In this document: piece by piece, positions 46,913-59,495 of the stretch | How the letters are laid out: each line of letters starts with the position of its first letter | Numbering within the stretch: the first letter of the stretch is position 1 | Source of the DNA: Phaeosaccion multiseriatum | Lineage: Eukaryota; Protista; Ochrophyta, other classes | Length of the DNA stretch: 64,000 nucleotides | Direction: 5' to 3' | Assembly (NCBI GenBank): GCA_965112735.1 | Contig: OZ218962.1 | Location: forward strand, 3,162,001-3,226,000 | The notes under the pieces: generated by a model | Seen by the model: the letters and a program-made list of their open reading frames with translations, nothing else | What the model was told of the DNA's origin: nothing | Databases searched by the model: none | Translations under genes and position numbers: made by a program

Positions 46913-49870
46913 AAAAAAAACAGTTCTCTGTAGTCCGTATGTCTAATAGTACCGTGATGTGGGGCACCTGCCCCACGAAATTATGGTTTTGGATATTTTA
47001 TGGGCCACAAATGCTCGTTTTTCAAGTTTTTTATCCACTATTTTTTGGTTGTGGGGCATTCTCCCCCCCCTCCCCACATGGATTTTTATTCATTCACAGC
47101 ATCAGCATATTTGCACAGGGCAGCTATGTAAGAGGAGCAGCGGCTGCGCGGACGATACCCGGCTGTAACAGCTGATGCCAGTGGTGGGAGGGGCATCTCC
47201 CACGTGAATTTGCAGGAGAACAGAGCATACCATGGCTGACGTCGCTGTTGCTACGGTTCCGGAAGCACCAGCAGCAGAGGGGGAAGAAGCACCGCTTACT
47301 GCAGAGCAGCAGCAGATTCAGAACCTCCGAAACAACACCATCGCCCCACGCTCGAGAAGTGGATATGCATGCGCCTCCACCATGCTGATCCGATACCTCT
47401 TCCGCAAGCACCCGGAGCTTCTGGACCCTGACTTCAGGACAGCATTTGCTCCACCGGAAGGGGAAGAGGAGGAAGACGGGGAAGATGGGGAAGAGGAGGA
47501 AGCACAGAGGAGAGCAGCAGCAGCCGCAGCAGCCGCCGCACCTGGCGGAGCGGGTGGTGCCACTGCAGCGGCACAGCAGACGCCGGCTGAGGTGTCGAGA
47601 GCAGCGAAAGCCCAAGCAAAGGCCAAGAAGAAGGCTGAGGCGCAGTGGACGAAGCGGGTGAAGGCACACTTGATCCAAGCACCTCGGGCGCCGCACCCTT
47701 TGCTGTTCCATCTGCTGACAGCCGACGCGTTCTTCGGGTGGCTGCTTGAAGTCAAGAAGGGGCCGAAGGGCTTATCCAAGGCCGGTGCACAGTCGAAACG
47801 CTCTGCACTCTTCAATCTGTACAGAGACTACCATCAGGAGGAACAGCACCGCAAATTGCAAAGCGACCTTGCGACGCTCACCAAGGGGCTGAAGAGGACG
47901 ATCGCAGGAGAGAAGCAGGAGGGAAATGTCGAAGTCAGAGAAGGGAAGGCTCCCATGCCGTTCGCTCTCTACCGCGCTCTTGCCAAAGGTAAATTCCCAG
48001 CTGTGTGGAGTCAGTGGACAGTGGAAACTAGTGGAGTGGGTGGAGACAAGTGGCTGATGCATTGAATGCCCCCCACTCACTTCCTAGCCCTGACGCCGTC
48101 TTTGGTTGCCACTGTTTCCTTCGCTTGTGTACATCGCAGCAATGCTGAGCTCGGCAGTCTGTGAGAACGGGCACAGACAGGGCGCCTTTGGCCACCCCTT
48201 CCTCGTTCTCTCCTGGAATCTGATGTGCCGCGCCACCAACTGTGTGGAGATTTGTCTCGATCATCTCGAGTGGAAGGGGGACGCGCTCTGCGTCTATTTT
48301 GGGAAGCAAAAGGGCGATCAGCTGGGAGAGAAGGCCCGACATCCTCGCCACGTCTACGCGAATCCAATCATGCCGGAGATCTGCCCCGTCCTCGCGCTTG
48401 GTGTTTACCTCCTGAGCTTTGGTTTTGAGAAGAACGCGCTGTTCGCTGGCAACAATCAGTACGATAGGTATTGCGGCTTCCTCAGACGTACGGCGGCGGC
48501 GAACTCGTCCATTTTGGAAGGCATGGGGCTGACTCCAGAGGACCTCGGCACTCATTCTGGGCGCAAGGGCGCTGCCTCGCACGTCACAAGCGGCTCGTCC
48601 GCTGCTCCCAACCCAATTGCTGTGCAACTTCGAATGGGATGGTCTCTTCCCGGCGTGCAGGGCATCTACTTCAACCCCATCAATGCAGCAGATCAGTATG
48701 TGGGCCGGGCTGCCTCCGGCGCGAACATCTCAGCGAAGGAGTTTGCATTGCTTCCTCCCTTTTTTCAGCGCCTCAAGGTGGACGGCACAGCGAAGGAGGG
48801 CATTGAAGACGTGCTCGCGGGAGCCATTGTGAGCTGCTTCAGGGACGTGCCGCTGAGATTGAGGAAGGTGGCTGAATTCTGTCTTGCCAGTGTGGTGTAC
48901 CACGCCGGCTTTCTGCGCAGCACTCTTCAGGAGAATCACCCTCTTTTCACGACACAGCTCTTCCGAGATCAAAGGTTGCTGGCGGACCTTTCAGAGCATG
49001 TCGTGCTGAAGTATCCGGACGAGACGGACGAGATTTCTGCAACCGGGATTCCTCCCCACGTCGTGCAGCTGAGGCAATTCCACGTCGTGGCGGACAGCGT
49101 GGCCTCTCTAGGCGGCAAGCTTGAGGTGTTGGGCCAGACGATCAAGGTCGACTTGGAGACGCTGATCCGTGACGTTCTGGAGGAGAATGCACAGGCCTCT
49201 GGCACTGTCACCAGTCTGGGTGTGAGCAGGGCCCTGCAGACGACCCTCGACGCAGCCTTTTCTAAGAGTGGGCTCAGCGACCTTCTCGCGGCTCACCAGG
49301 CAGGCACTCTGGGCCTTGGTGAGGGTTCGAGCAGCGCCCCGCCCTCTTCTTCTTGTGCAGGTGCAGATCAGCCACCTCTGTATCTCTACAACGGCCGGTG
49401 GCATACCCTTCCCGAGCACTTTGAGGTCCCTAGCTTCACTGTGCGCGCTGCTTGGGATGCTTGGATGACAGGCACTCCTCGCCTTCGAGAATTCACGACA
49501 GCAGACGTGCAGGGGAGGGCGGAGAAGCGAAGGATGTCAAAATTTTGCTGTTTGATGGGTGCGATTGAATCCGCGGCGAAAGAAAAGGGGCTCTGGAAGG
49601 ACAAGCCGACGCTTGAAGAAGCGCGAAGCATGTTTGACGCAGTCAAAGACGCCTTTGACATCAAGTCTCGTTCTGATTCTCACAAGCGCCGCTTCAATCA
49701 GCTGGTGTGGACCACCGTGTATAATTTATGGAGCGCGCAGCAGGCGGACGCGAAAAAACGGGCGAAGCGGGCGAGGGCGAAGGAAAGTGGCACTGGTGCA
49801 GACGAGTCGAAGGAGGGGGATGGAGGTGATAGCGGTGCAGAGGACGACGAGGAGGGAGGTGGCAGCAGCA

Positions 49871-49904
<34 letters not shown>

Positions 49905-50553
49905 AACAGGAGGAGGCGGAGCCGGAGGAGGACGAGGAGGAAGGGGTGGGGGAAGGGGGGCCCAAAAAAAACAGCGTACTGGTACTGGTACTGCTTCTGA
50001 TGCTGCTTCTGCTGCTGCCTCTGATGCGGCCGCTGCGGCCGCTACTGCCGCTGCTGCCGCGTCAGCAGCGCCGTCGTTGGGCGGCTTGAGAGAGGGAGAC
50101 ATGGCCTTCACATGCTCGTATGGCTGTACTAAGCCCTCGCAAGTCAAGCTGTTCCTCTGCCCATCCGAAAGAGCGTGTGGAAACCTCGTGCACCACATGT
50201 GCACCGTCGAGTTTTGCGACAGCAAGGGTTTTGCGGAAGGCGATTTTGACTACTACTGTAAGCCATGCATGATTGAGGACGGACACTAAGTGTGTCTGTA
50301 AATATGAATACCATTGTTATCGTGGTAATACCATTAAATCGTCATATCATAGCGTAGTATATTTTGGAGGAGGAGGGGAGAGATACACACACAAAAAAGG
50401 AGGGGGGGGGGGAGGGGCGCTACTGGTCCATATTGGGTACTGTACTAAAAATACCCACTTTTAAAAAAATTGGGTACTAAAAATACCCACTTTCACCGAG
50501 TGGGGCATCTCGCCCCACCAAAACCGGTCATCAATAGAAAAAAAACAGGTCTC
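46913..50553 (+). mobile_element. Crypton-type (CryptonS-like) tyrosine recombinase DNA transposon; boundaries approximate
   Basis: Encodes a YR protein; bounded by direct repeat A8CAG(T/G)TCTC and subterminal GTGGGGC..GCCCCAC palindromes; AT-richer flanks. Confidence 0.75.
47232..50289 (+). CDS. Tyrosine recombinase with GCR1_C-like region and C-terminal PHD-like finger (968 aa; intron 47989-48139)
   Basis: WNLMCR, KGDQ, HVYANP..PEICPVLAL, GTHSGRKG, RMGW, QGIY, ADQYVGR; G|GTAAAT...GCAG|CA keeps frame; C4HC3 pattern at the C-terminus. Confidence 0.88.
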
Positions 50554-50789
50554 GACGCTTTGTGATTTGGAGAACCACCTTTCCACTTTCTCCAGCTGGT
50601 AATCTCTCTCTCTTTTCTCTCTCGATTCCCTCGATCCCTACCCAGCGCGCCTTCCTGGGTCGGCTCAACCGCGGAGCTGGTCGTGCACTCCCCCTCCCGC
50701 CCAAGAGGGTGAGTAACCGGCCCCTCGAGGGCCCCGGAGACACAGAGATACATGCACACAAGGGCACCGTGTATCTTACAGCAGGGGAT

Positions 50790-53700
50790 ATGGGGAAGAG
50801 ACAGAGACCACCACTGGTAGCAGCAGCCGCTGGAGAGGCGAGATGGGAACCCTCCTCACCATTATTAGCACCACGGCCCCGCTGCGAGGGCTCCTCCGTG
50901 CTGCGATGGCGCCACGCCGCCCTGTTCGTGTCGGTGTCTCTGCTCTACAGCTCGACGGCCTTCCCCTCCATCCCCGGAGGAGATAGTGGCGAAATTCTGG
51001 CAGAGGCATGCCACCTTGGTGTAGCGCATCCCCCGGGCTATCCCCTCTTCACTATGCTCTACCACGCTCTGGCTCGAGGGCACAACTTCGTGTCGGAAGG
51101 TCGCAGTGGTAAGTTGGAGGAGCATGTGGAAAGGGAGGGCGATGGCAGCACCAGAAGGAGCCAGCGCGAGTGCGCCAGTGGAAGCAGCTGTGAAATGAGT
51201 GCTGAGTCCGATGCACCGGCGGGTGGAGGCCTGCGAGGCCTGTGGACACGGATGGTACCAGGATGTACTTCCCTCAAGGAGTCCGCCTCGGCCGCCTTCA
51301 GTCCCGCCTTCAAGTGGTTCGCCGCCGCTCCGCAGCCGCCGCCCCTGCCCGGCTGTCCCCTCTACGGCAATGACAATGCCCACAGTGCCCACCCCGATGA
51401 CCAGCAGCAGCAGCAGCAGCAGCGGGGACAGGGCCCGTCTGGAAGCATGGCTTGGCGGGCGAATGTGTTGAGTTGCTTTATGAGCGGAGCTGCGGCAGCC
51501 CTGTTAGCGGCCACCGTCGAGGCATGGACGGCAGGCACAAGCAGCTACAGCCCCGCCGCTGCTGCCGCTGCCGCTCTGGCATGGGCCCTCTCTCCGCTGA
51601 CGTGGGAGTACTCGACCGGGGTGGAGGTGTTCGCGCTAAACAACCTCCTGCTCTCGTGGCTGCTGCTTCTGGTTGTCAGGCTGGGGCGGGTGCCTCCCCT
51701 TCCTCTTGCTTCCCCTACTGGTGCTTATGCTGCTGCTTCTGCCGCCGCAGTGCTACCCATGGGCCAAAAGCAGGAGGAGGGAGAGCAGAGGGAGCCTTGC
51801 ATGGCTCTAGGGGAGCAGCAGCAGCAGCCGGGAGGGGGGGGCGTGCGTGCGGCGGTGTGGATGGCATTTGTGAGTGGGCTGGCCCTGTCGAACCAACACG
51901 CCTCTGCCCTGACGGTGCTGCCTTTGGCGCTCTTCGCTCTGCGGCGGCTCTCGGGAGGAGGAGGAGGAGGCGGAGGAGGAGGAAGAGGAGGAGAAATGGG
52001 AGGGGGGGGGGCAGCAGGGAAACATCAACGGCGGCAGCAGCAACGATGGAGCCTGCTAGGGTGGGGCTCGCTGTCCAAGCTTTCTCTCGCGGCTCTCCTG
52101 GGCTTGGCTCCCTACATGTACCTCCCTCTGGCGAGCTCTCGCTGGCCCCGCCCGGGCAGCTGGGGAGGCCGCCTCGACTCGTGGGCAGCCACAGCAAGGC
52201 ACGTGCTGAGGACGGAGTACGGCACCTTCTCTCTGGGGGTAGGGGTGGCAGTTGGTGATACAGCAGCAACTGTTAGAGGAGGAGGGTGGTTGGCATGGTT
52301 GGGTGTCTTGAGAGAGTGGGCAGCGGCCGAGGACAGCGGGCCGCACAGAACCTACTTGTACGTGCGGCACGTGCGACGCGAGCTTGGCGCGTGGGTGCTG
52401 CTGGCGGCCATGGGGGGGGTGCTGTGGAGCTGCTTGGGGGGCGCAGAAGAGACCCAAGAAAAGGCCCTGCGGGTGCGGGAGATGGGGGTAGCTTCCGGCG
52501 GCGGGGCCGGCGAGCGAGGAAAGCTGGATAGGAGTAGAGGGAGGAGGGATGGAGGCAGAGGAAAGGGCGCCAACGCAGAGGGAGAGAAGGGAGAGCCCAA
52601 GCTGGCGACACATCTCCAGCTGGTGAGTCAGCAGCAGTTGGTGATACACCAGCAGGTGCGAGGGTTGGGCGTGGCGCTGAGCCTGTCCTGGCTGCTGTTC
52701 GTGTTCGTGTGGCACTTTCAGCTGTCCAACCTTCCCCTGCAGCTACCCATGGCCTTCGCTGTGCACTCCCGCTTCTGGATGCAGCCTGACCTGGTGCTAG
52801 CGCTGCTCGCAGGGGGGGGGCTCGGGGCTGGCCTCAATCTTGTTGCCGCGACGGGAGGGCTGCTCAGGAAAAAGGCCTCAGGCGCCAGTCCTGACACTCA
52901 CTGTCCTGACACCAGCCGCTACTTGTCCCGCGCGAAAGAGGCCCTGGAAGGGGTGGTGCTGGTGGCCGTGATTGTCGCGGGCGTGCGAAGGAATGGGGCG
53001 GCACTGTCTCGGGCGAAAGGGTTTCCAGGCTGGGCAGGAGGGCAAGGAGGAGGAGGAGGAGGAGGAGGTGGGGGGGGGGGGGGGGACGGCTGGACGATGC
53101 ACCGCTACGGTGCGGCGCTGCTGGCCTCCCTCCCGCCGCACGCCATCCTCCTCTCGCACACAGACCTAGACCTCAACCCCGCCCGCTACCTCAGGGTGTG
53201 CGAGGGACTCCGGCCCGACGTTTCACACGTGTCTGTGCAGATGATGGCCTACGAGTGGTGGGGCAGCAGCTCGCCGGAAGGGGCTGAGGTGAGCGAGCAG
53301 GGTGTGTGTGCAGGGCTGCCTCTGAGGGGCGATGGATGGACACATGGCTGCTTGGCGTCATCTACACGGCGCCTCCCTTGTCATGACATCCCCACCCTCC
53401 CATGCTTTCATGTCCATATGCACGCCCACTCACCCCTCCCCTCCTCTATGCCTGCTGACCTCTCTCCCCCACCCCAGCAGGAGCCCGGCCCTCTTCGCCA
53501 GTCCGAGCTGCACGCCCCCCTCGTCTTCCCTCCCCGGCTCAGAGGCGTCTCCACGGCCCGCCGCAGCGAGGGCAACGCGCTGCTCATCACCCGCTTCCTG
53601 CTCGCCAACATGCGCCATCCCCTGCCCCAAGCAATGCCCCCGGGGGGAGATGGAGCCCAGACAGCTCCTCCTCCTCCTGCTCCTGCTGCTGCTGCTGCTG

Positions 53701-55475
53701 CTGTATCGCCAACTGCTGGCGCTGTATCCCCAACTGGCGCTGCTGGGGCCAGAGGGGGGCCCTTCCGGCCCGTATTCCTGGATATGCAGGGCGTGGACGA
53801 GAGCGAAATCGGGCCTGACAACAGATACCGCGAGCACTGGACGCTGCTGCCCTGGGGCCTGCTGTACCGGGTGCTGCCCGCCCTCTCTCTGCAGGACCTC
53901 AAGCCCTTTGTGGGGCAGACCCGAGAGAGACTCAAGGTGCGGGATGGCAGCGGATGGCACAAGAGGAGGGGCGAGGGGATGGGACGAGAGAGGGACCGTT
54001 GAGTTTGAGTGTGCGCTTCCTTCGTAGCTGCCCCTGAAGCCGTCCTCACCACTCCCTCTCCTCTCTTCCTCCCCGTCCCCACTCCGAACCCCCCCGCCCT
54101 CCCTCTCCCCCTACGTATCCCTACGTAAGGAGCTGGCGGCGTGCCTGCCCCAGCCCTCCGTGGAGAGCTACCCGAGGGGGTCGTGGGAATTCGCCGCGGG
54201 GAGTGTGCTGTGGGATGCGCACTACCAAACAGGTCAGGCCATGTCACAGGCATATGGTTAGGCCAGGTCACAGGCATATGGGCGGAGAGGACTAGTCATG
54301 GGCATATAGACAGGGGCAGAGGCAAAGCATCGAAAGGGAGCCTTTGAACAGACGTGCGGCCCTCACACAACGCCCTCGCTCCTCGTGCATGTGCGTGTGC
54401 ACGTGTGTGTGCGTGTGTCTCTGGTCGCCTCCTACCTCCTTCACCACCTGTCCTCATCCGTACCCATCGGCCCACCCCCCTTCCGCTCGTCCCTCCACTT
54501 GTCTGCTGTTGGCCTCTGTCCCGCCGCCAGGCCTGTTCCTGCTCTCGCACGCCCTCCAGCTGGCACCACACATCGGCTCGGAGCCCGACCTCTTCTCCTT
54601 CTACCTACAGTGCCTTCGTGACTCAGATGTGAGTCAGGCTGGGATCCACCCCGCGGGGGGCGCGTTGCATAGGGCAGGGCCAGGGTCAGTCTCGGTACCC
54701 CTGGCTGGAGGGGTTGGGGGGGGGGGGGCATTGAACGCGCTTTCACGTGCCCTGCACGAGGAGGGAGGCCTGGCGCTGATACACTTATGGAGGAGACAAG
54801 CCCTTCCCTGCGCACAGCTGCCTAACCTCACCGACCCTCCCTCCCCATATGCCTCTAACTCCTCTCCAGCTCCTCCTCCGCCGCACTCTGGCGGCTGTGG
54901 ACGCGTCTGGTGCCTTCTCCGGACATGAGGCGGATCTGCTCAAGAACACTGTGCTCGCCTCCATCAGGCTACAGGCACGTAGGCTTACGTATATATATAT
55001 ATATGTGTGTGTGTGTGGGGGGGGTCATCCCTCATGATTATGTTTCCTTGCGCGTGCGGTTACGTGATGCTTACGTACGTGCTCCTCACGAACCTTCCCG
55101 TGTGGCCCGTTGCTCCCCAGAGCGCGTTGGAGGTGGGCCTTCCCCTTGTCCCGAGGCTGCGCTTCCCGCCCGAGGAGGGCCCTCCGACAGTGGAGGAGGA
55201 GCAGCGAACGCGCGAGAGCAGCGAGGCCCTCCTCCTGCGCTTCCTGAGAGAGAGCCCCGGAGACGGAGATGCGCCAGCCTTCCTTCAGGTGGGTGTGTGC
55301 TTGCAGCAAGGGGGGAGTTCATGGGCTCGCGGGCTCGCGTCTGTGGGTAGCGGCCGGTAGTGTAGCTCTCACACTGTCCATCCATACTCACACACGCACT
55401 CACACACTCCTTGGTGCATGCGAACAGATGTACCAAAAGCTCAAGCAGAAGAGCGGTGATGGGGCGCAGCCGTGA
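50790..55475 (+). CDS. TMEM260: TMEM260/DUF2723 family membrane glycosyltransferase (O-mannosyltransferase-like), multi-exon
   Basis: PSIPGGDSGE..A....LGVAHPPGYPLFT, EVFALNN, GLALSNQH, PYMYLP, HVLRTEYGTFSL, RFWMQP, L.SLP..AILL, RYL..CEGLRPDV. Confidence 0.9.
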
Positions 55476-55745
55476 CGTCAGACATCAGAGGAGGGACAAG
55501 TGCAGCAGGTGGTGGTCCGGCAGCACACTGAACGAAGCACGCTTGCGGTGCTGCAAGAGGCGGGCCCAGCGGTAGGGGCAGATGGGGTGGCAAACACAAC
55601 CGCGGGCAACACTAGGGCTACGGCGGATGGGAATCTATGAAGTGCCATTAAGTGGTAACTTGAGGTATTGCACGATTCAACACACGCAAATGCAACGGTC
55701 CTTCAACCCCTTTCATCACCGTATCACCAGGGCATTACCACAGCC

Positions 55746-58700
55746 TCACCACAGCACCCTCTCCGCCTCAGACAGCCGCTCCCTCTCCTTGGCCCCGATG
55801 CTCAACACCACTCCACCCCCCCCCGGGTCCATCTGCAGCTCGTCGTGTGCCCCCCCTGGGCCTCCTTGCCCACTGAGGCCCATCACCACCCCGAGGCCGG
55901 CCATCAGCCCCTCCCACGATGTCGATACCGAAGGTTCTGGCCCAGGTCCCTCCCCTTCCGACGAAGATGGTGGTGGTGGTGGCGATTGTAGCCTCTCCCC
56001 CGCCTCCCCGTCCTTCATCACTACTTGCTGCTGCTCGCTGCCCTTGACGCACGCAATGCCCCCTCCTCGGTTTGCCTCGAGCAGGAGAGCCAACGCCTCA
56101 GGCCCTGTACATCGATTGGGTGTCTGTCTGGACCCAACTCCACCACAACACGCGCCACAGCGAGGCGAGCCGCTCGTTTCAGCTGCTTCCTCAGCGTCGC
56201 TACCTGCTGCCTCTTTCCCATCACTGCTACCCCCCCCCTCCTCCTCCTCACTCTGCCCTTGTTCATCCCCGGCTGCTGCTGCACTGACTGCCGTTCCTGC
56301 TGCCGCTGCTACCGCCGCCTCGGCCTCGGCCTCCGCCTTCGCCTGGAGAACCATGACCTCGAGTTTGTTTCGCGGCCCCTTGAACTGCGTCACGAAGGCG
56401 AACTCCACCTCTTTGGGCAGACAGCGCACGCCCTTTCTGTCGAAGAAGCTGCGCAAGTTCGCCAAGTCCCGCTCCAGCATCTTCATTGACTGCTTACAGA
56501 GACAGGGAGAGAGAGAGAGGTGAGAAGATGAGAAGGAGACACAGAGAGAGAAAGAGAGACAGAGTGTATGTGAGACAGAGAGAAGTGAGGAGGGGACGGA
56601 GAGAACGGAGGTGTCCTAAATCGCGCCTTGGTTCAGCACCGCAGCAGCAGCACTTCACTCACCCCTGGGTGACTCGTATCCACCGCCTGGCCCACATCAA
56701 TGACGTGGCACGCCTACAGGGCACAGGGAGGGGGGCACAGCACGCATTATTGGTTAGCAGCACGTAGCAAAGCACCTCGCCCTAGACCGCCTCACGCCCC
56801 CATATGCCTCCATCTGCACTCTTTGCCCCTCACCTGCTTATGGTAGAGGATGTTGTACTCCGAGAGGTCGGCGTGCACAAGCCTGCACCGCAGCAGCATG
56901 GCCCGGGCAAGCTCCAGACACTCCACGTAGGCCCGCTCCCACCCCTCGGCGGACAGAGACACCTCTCTGAGCTGCGGACTGGGCCACCCTGCCTCCCCGA
57001 GGAAGCTCATGACCAGCACATGCTCTCGGAGGGCCAGCGGCTCGGGGCAGGGGATGCGCTCACGATACACACGAATGAGGTTACGGTGCTCCTTATCCGC
57101 CCACATCTTGAAGGAATTCCGCCTGTGTTGTTTGCTGTAAGGGTGGTGGGGGGCAAACAAAAGGACTCAGCGAAATGAGAGGGCCAATCGCCATGCATCC
57201 ACCCCCGAAGACCGACCCGTCCACCTGTGGCAGGCCCTATTAAACGCTGAGTCTCACTGACCTGTACTTGACTCCCGTGTACCGTGCATCCTCATCAACA
57301 TAGTCCCCTCTGTTGGAGAATTCATTGAGCGTCGTCTTGAAGATTTTCACCGCCACCGACTCGCACTCCTCCTCCCCACCCTCCTCGAAGCGCGGGGCCT
57401 TGTCTGGCGAGGCAGGCTCCAGAGGCCTCCGCGCGTGAAACACGTGGGCCTCCTTGCCCGTCTTGCACAGCCCCTGCACCTGTGACAGGCTGCCATTTGT
57501 TACCATCTTATTCAGCAGCAGCCGCGTCGCCTGATCCAGCACTCCGCTCTGAGGAGGCGTGAGAGTGTGTGTATGTGTATGTGTGTGTGTGTGTGTGGGC
57601 GGGTGTTTGCGTGCGTGCGGCGATGGAGGGCACAATATCAGGTCCCGTTCAGTTCACTCTCTCTTACAGTGATTCGGGCCGGGGAGGAGGGACTGCAAGA
57701 GTGAATGGAACCACAACCCAACATTGGCCCCCCTTGCACCCGCCCACACACCTGCGTGCTCTTGACCGCCTTCTCAATCCTGCCGTGGGCTGCCACCCCC
57801 TTGACTGTCTTGCTCCTGAAGCTCTGCTTGAGGCGGTTGGTGGCGTAGTTGGACAGTACCACGTCCTCCCCGTCTCGCGAGAGGTCCCCCACCCCCTCAA
57901 AGGCGCTCAGGCGCAGAGCGTTGGAGCGTCCACACAGCTCGCGGTCGTGCTTGGATATCACCTTGCCGTTGCTGCGCGGTGGTGACACAGTAGCAGGCGT
58001 CAAGAGAGAGGAAGGAAAGGGAAGATTGAACAAAGATCTGGGACTGGCAGCACGCACACACGCACGCACGCACGCACATCATAAGTGGTCCTTCAATCCT
58101 TCTCTTGTCTCACCTGTCCAGGAACAGGTCCGCAGCCCGGCTCCTCCTGCTCCCCTTGACCACCATCAGCTTCTCTCTCTCATCCCCCTCTGCCTCCTCC
58201 TCTCCCCCCCCTTCCTCTTCGTCTTCGGCCACATCGTCAGCTCCCCAGCGCTGCTTTTGTTCAGCTTGTGGAATCGACCCCACCCGGAACGCGCCTCCGA
58301 GTCCCACTTTGCTACCCTCGCCGCCGTAGGTCCGTGTTGCGTGCTGTTCCTTCCGGAGTCGCTGTTCTTCCTCGTCCTGCAGCTGAAGTGCAAGGGCCAA
58401 GCTCCGGTCTTCGTCTTCGGACCCCTTCTGTTGCTCTGGCTCCTTCGCCTCTCCTTCTCTCTTGTCCGCCAGCACTAGGGCCTCCATATCGTGGCTGAAG
58501 CAGAACTCCACCGCTTCCTCCACGCCTTTGCACCGGAGGAAAGCGGCATCCGCCCACTCTTTGCTGATGCCCATGCCCTGCATGTAGGCAACCGGGTCCA
58601 GAGGCGTCGCCTCTCCTTGGTCACCCTCTTCTTCCCCTGTCGCGTTGAGCGCAAGAACCGCGGCCAGAGCGGCGTCCGTGTCCGCCTGTTCACTCCGCTG

Positions 58701-58814
58701 CTCCTCCTCCTCCTTGATGATTTGGCTCAGAGACACAGCGTGAGGGCGCGTCTGCGGCGCCAGCAAGGCGCAAGCCTGTCCCTCTCCGCTCTCCTTAGCT
58801 CCCCACGAAGGCAT
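55746..58814 (-). CDS. RIOK3: RIO-family atypical kinase, RIOK3-like, with N-terminal UBA domain; multi-exon
   Basis: KHDRELCGRSNA, VLDQATRLLLNKMV, KTGKEAHVFHA, AVKIFKTTLNEF, WADKEHRNL, LVHADLSEYNIL, IDVGQAV, LERDLAN..SFF. Confidence 0.8.
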
Positions 58815-59294
58815 CTCTCTCCTGTTGCGGCTTCTCCCTTCTATGTGTGGCCTATTGTAGAGAGCGAAAGGGAAAGGAGAGGAAAAATCGCCGACCGCGA
58901 TTTGGCCATCGTGTCAAGAGAGCAAGAATATCGATATACTCTAAACCAAATATCGGACCCCGGGGTGATCGTGTGGATGGCCGATGGAGCGAGAGCGGAT
59001 TAGTCCCCAGCCTGTCGAAGCACACACCTGCAGCAGGTGAGAGAGGGCACACTCGCCGTTAGGAGAGGTGGCGAGCTATTTGTTTGCTGCAACGTCCTCG
59101 CCCGACCCCCCTTTGTGTGCTGCTTTTCATTTTCGGCACGTGCAGGTCTTTCTCTCCCTCCCCCTCACCCCTCCCTCTTGGCGCCTTTGCTTGCCTGCCT
59201 CCTCTGCCTCGCCCCCACCCCTCCCCTTCTCTCTCTCTCTCTCTCTCTTTCTTTCTCCAGCTCATAACTACCAAGGAGCAGCTCTTCAGTCAGT

Positions 59295-59495
59295 ATGGGA
59301 AAGGTTCACGGCTCGCTCACGCGAGCAGGGAAGGTCAAGGGGCAGACCCCCAAGGTTGACCGCCAGGAGAAGAAGAAGCAGCCCCGAGGACGCGCGAAGA
59401 AGCGCATGCAGTACAACAGGCGTTACGTCAATGTTGTGACGGGCATGGGAGGCAAGAAGCTTGGCCCCAACTCCAACGCTGCCAAGGTCGCATAA
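59295..59495 (+). CDS. RPS30: 40S ribosomal protein eS30
   Basis: [44 protein letters not shown]...GPNSN; probable 5'UTR intron ending at 59260. Confidence 0.97.
   Translation: MGKVHGSLTRAGKVKGQTPKVDRQEKKKQPRGRAKKRMQYNRRYVNVVTGMGGKKLGPNSNAAKVA

Larger units (their letters stand above)
46811..50760. repeat. ~90-bp imperfect inverted repeats (46811-46899 / 50670-50760) flanking the Crypton
   Basis: GAGTAACCGGCCCCTCGAGGGCnCCGGAGACACAGnGnTACATGCACACA mirrored; partial copies at ~18990-19145 and ~22150-22185. Confidence 0.75.

Noticed and set aside
46982-47003. TATGG as CryptonS-type terminal repeat
   Set aside because: Present on the left, but no direct-orientation partner between the stop codon and ~50560
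59295-59495. eS30 lacking the ubiquitin-like FUBI fusion
   Set aside because: Normal outside animals
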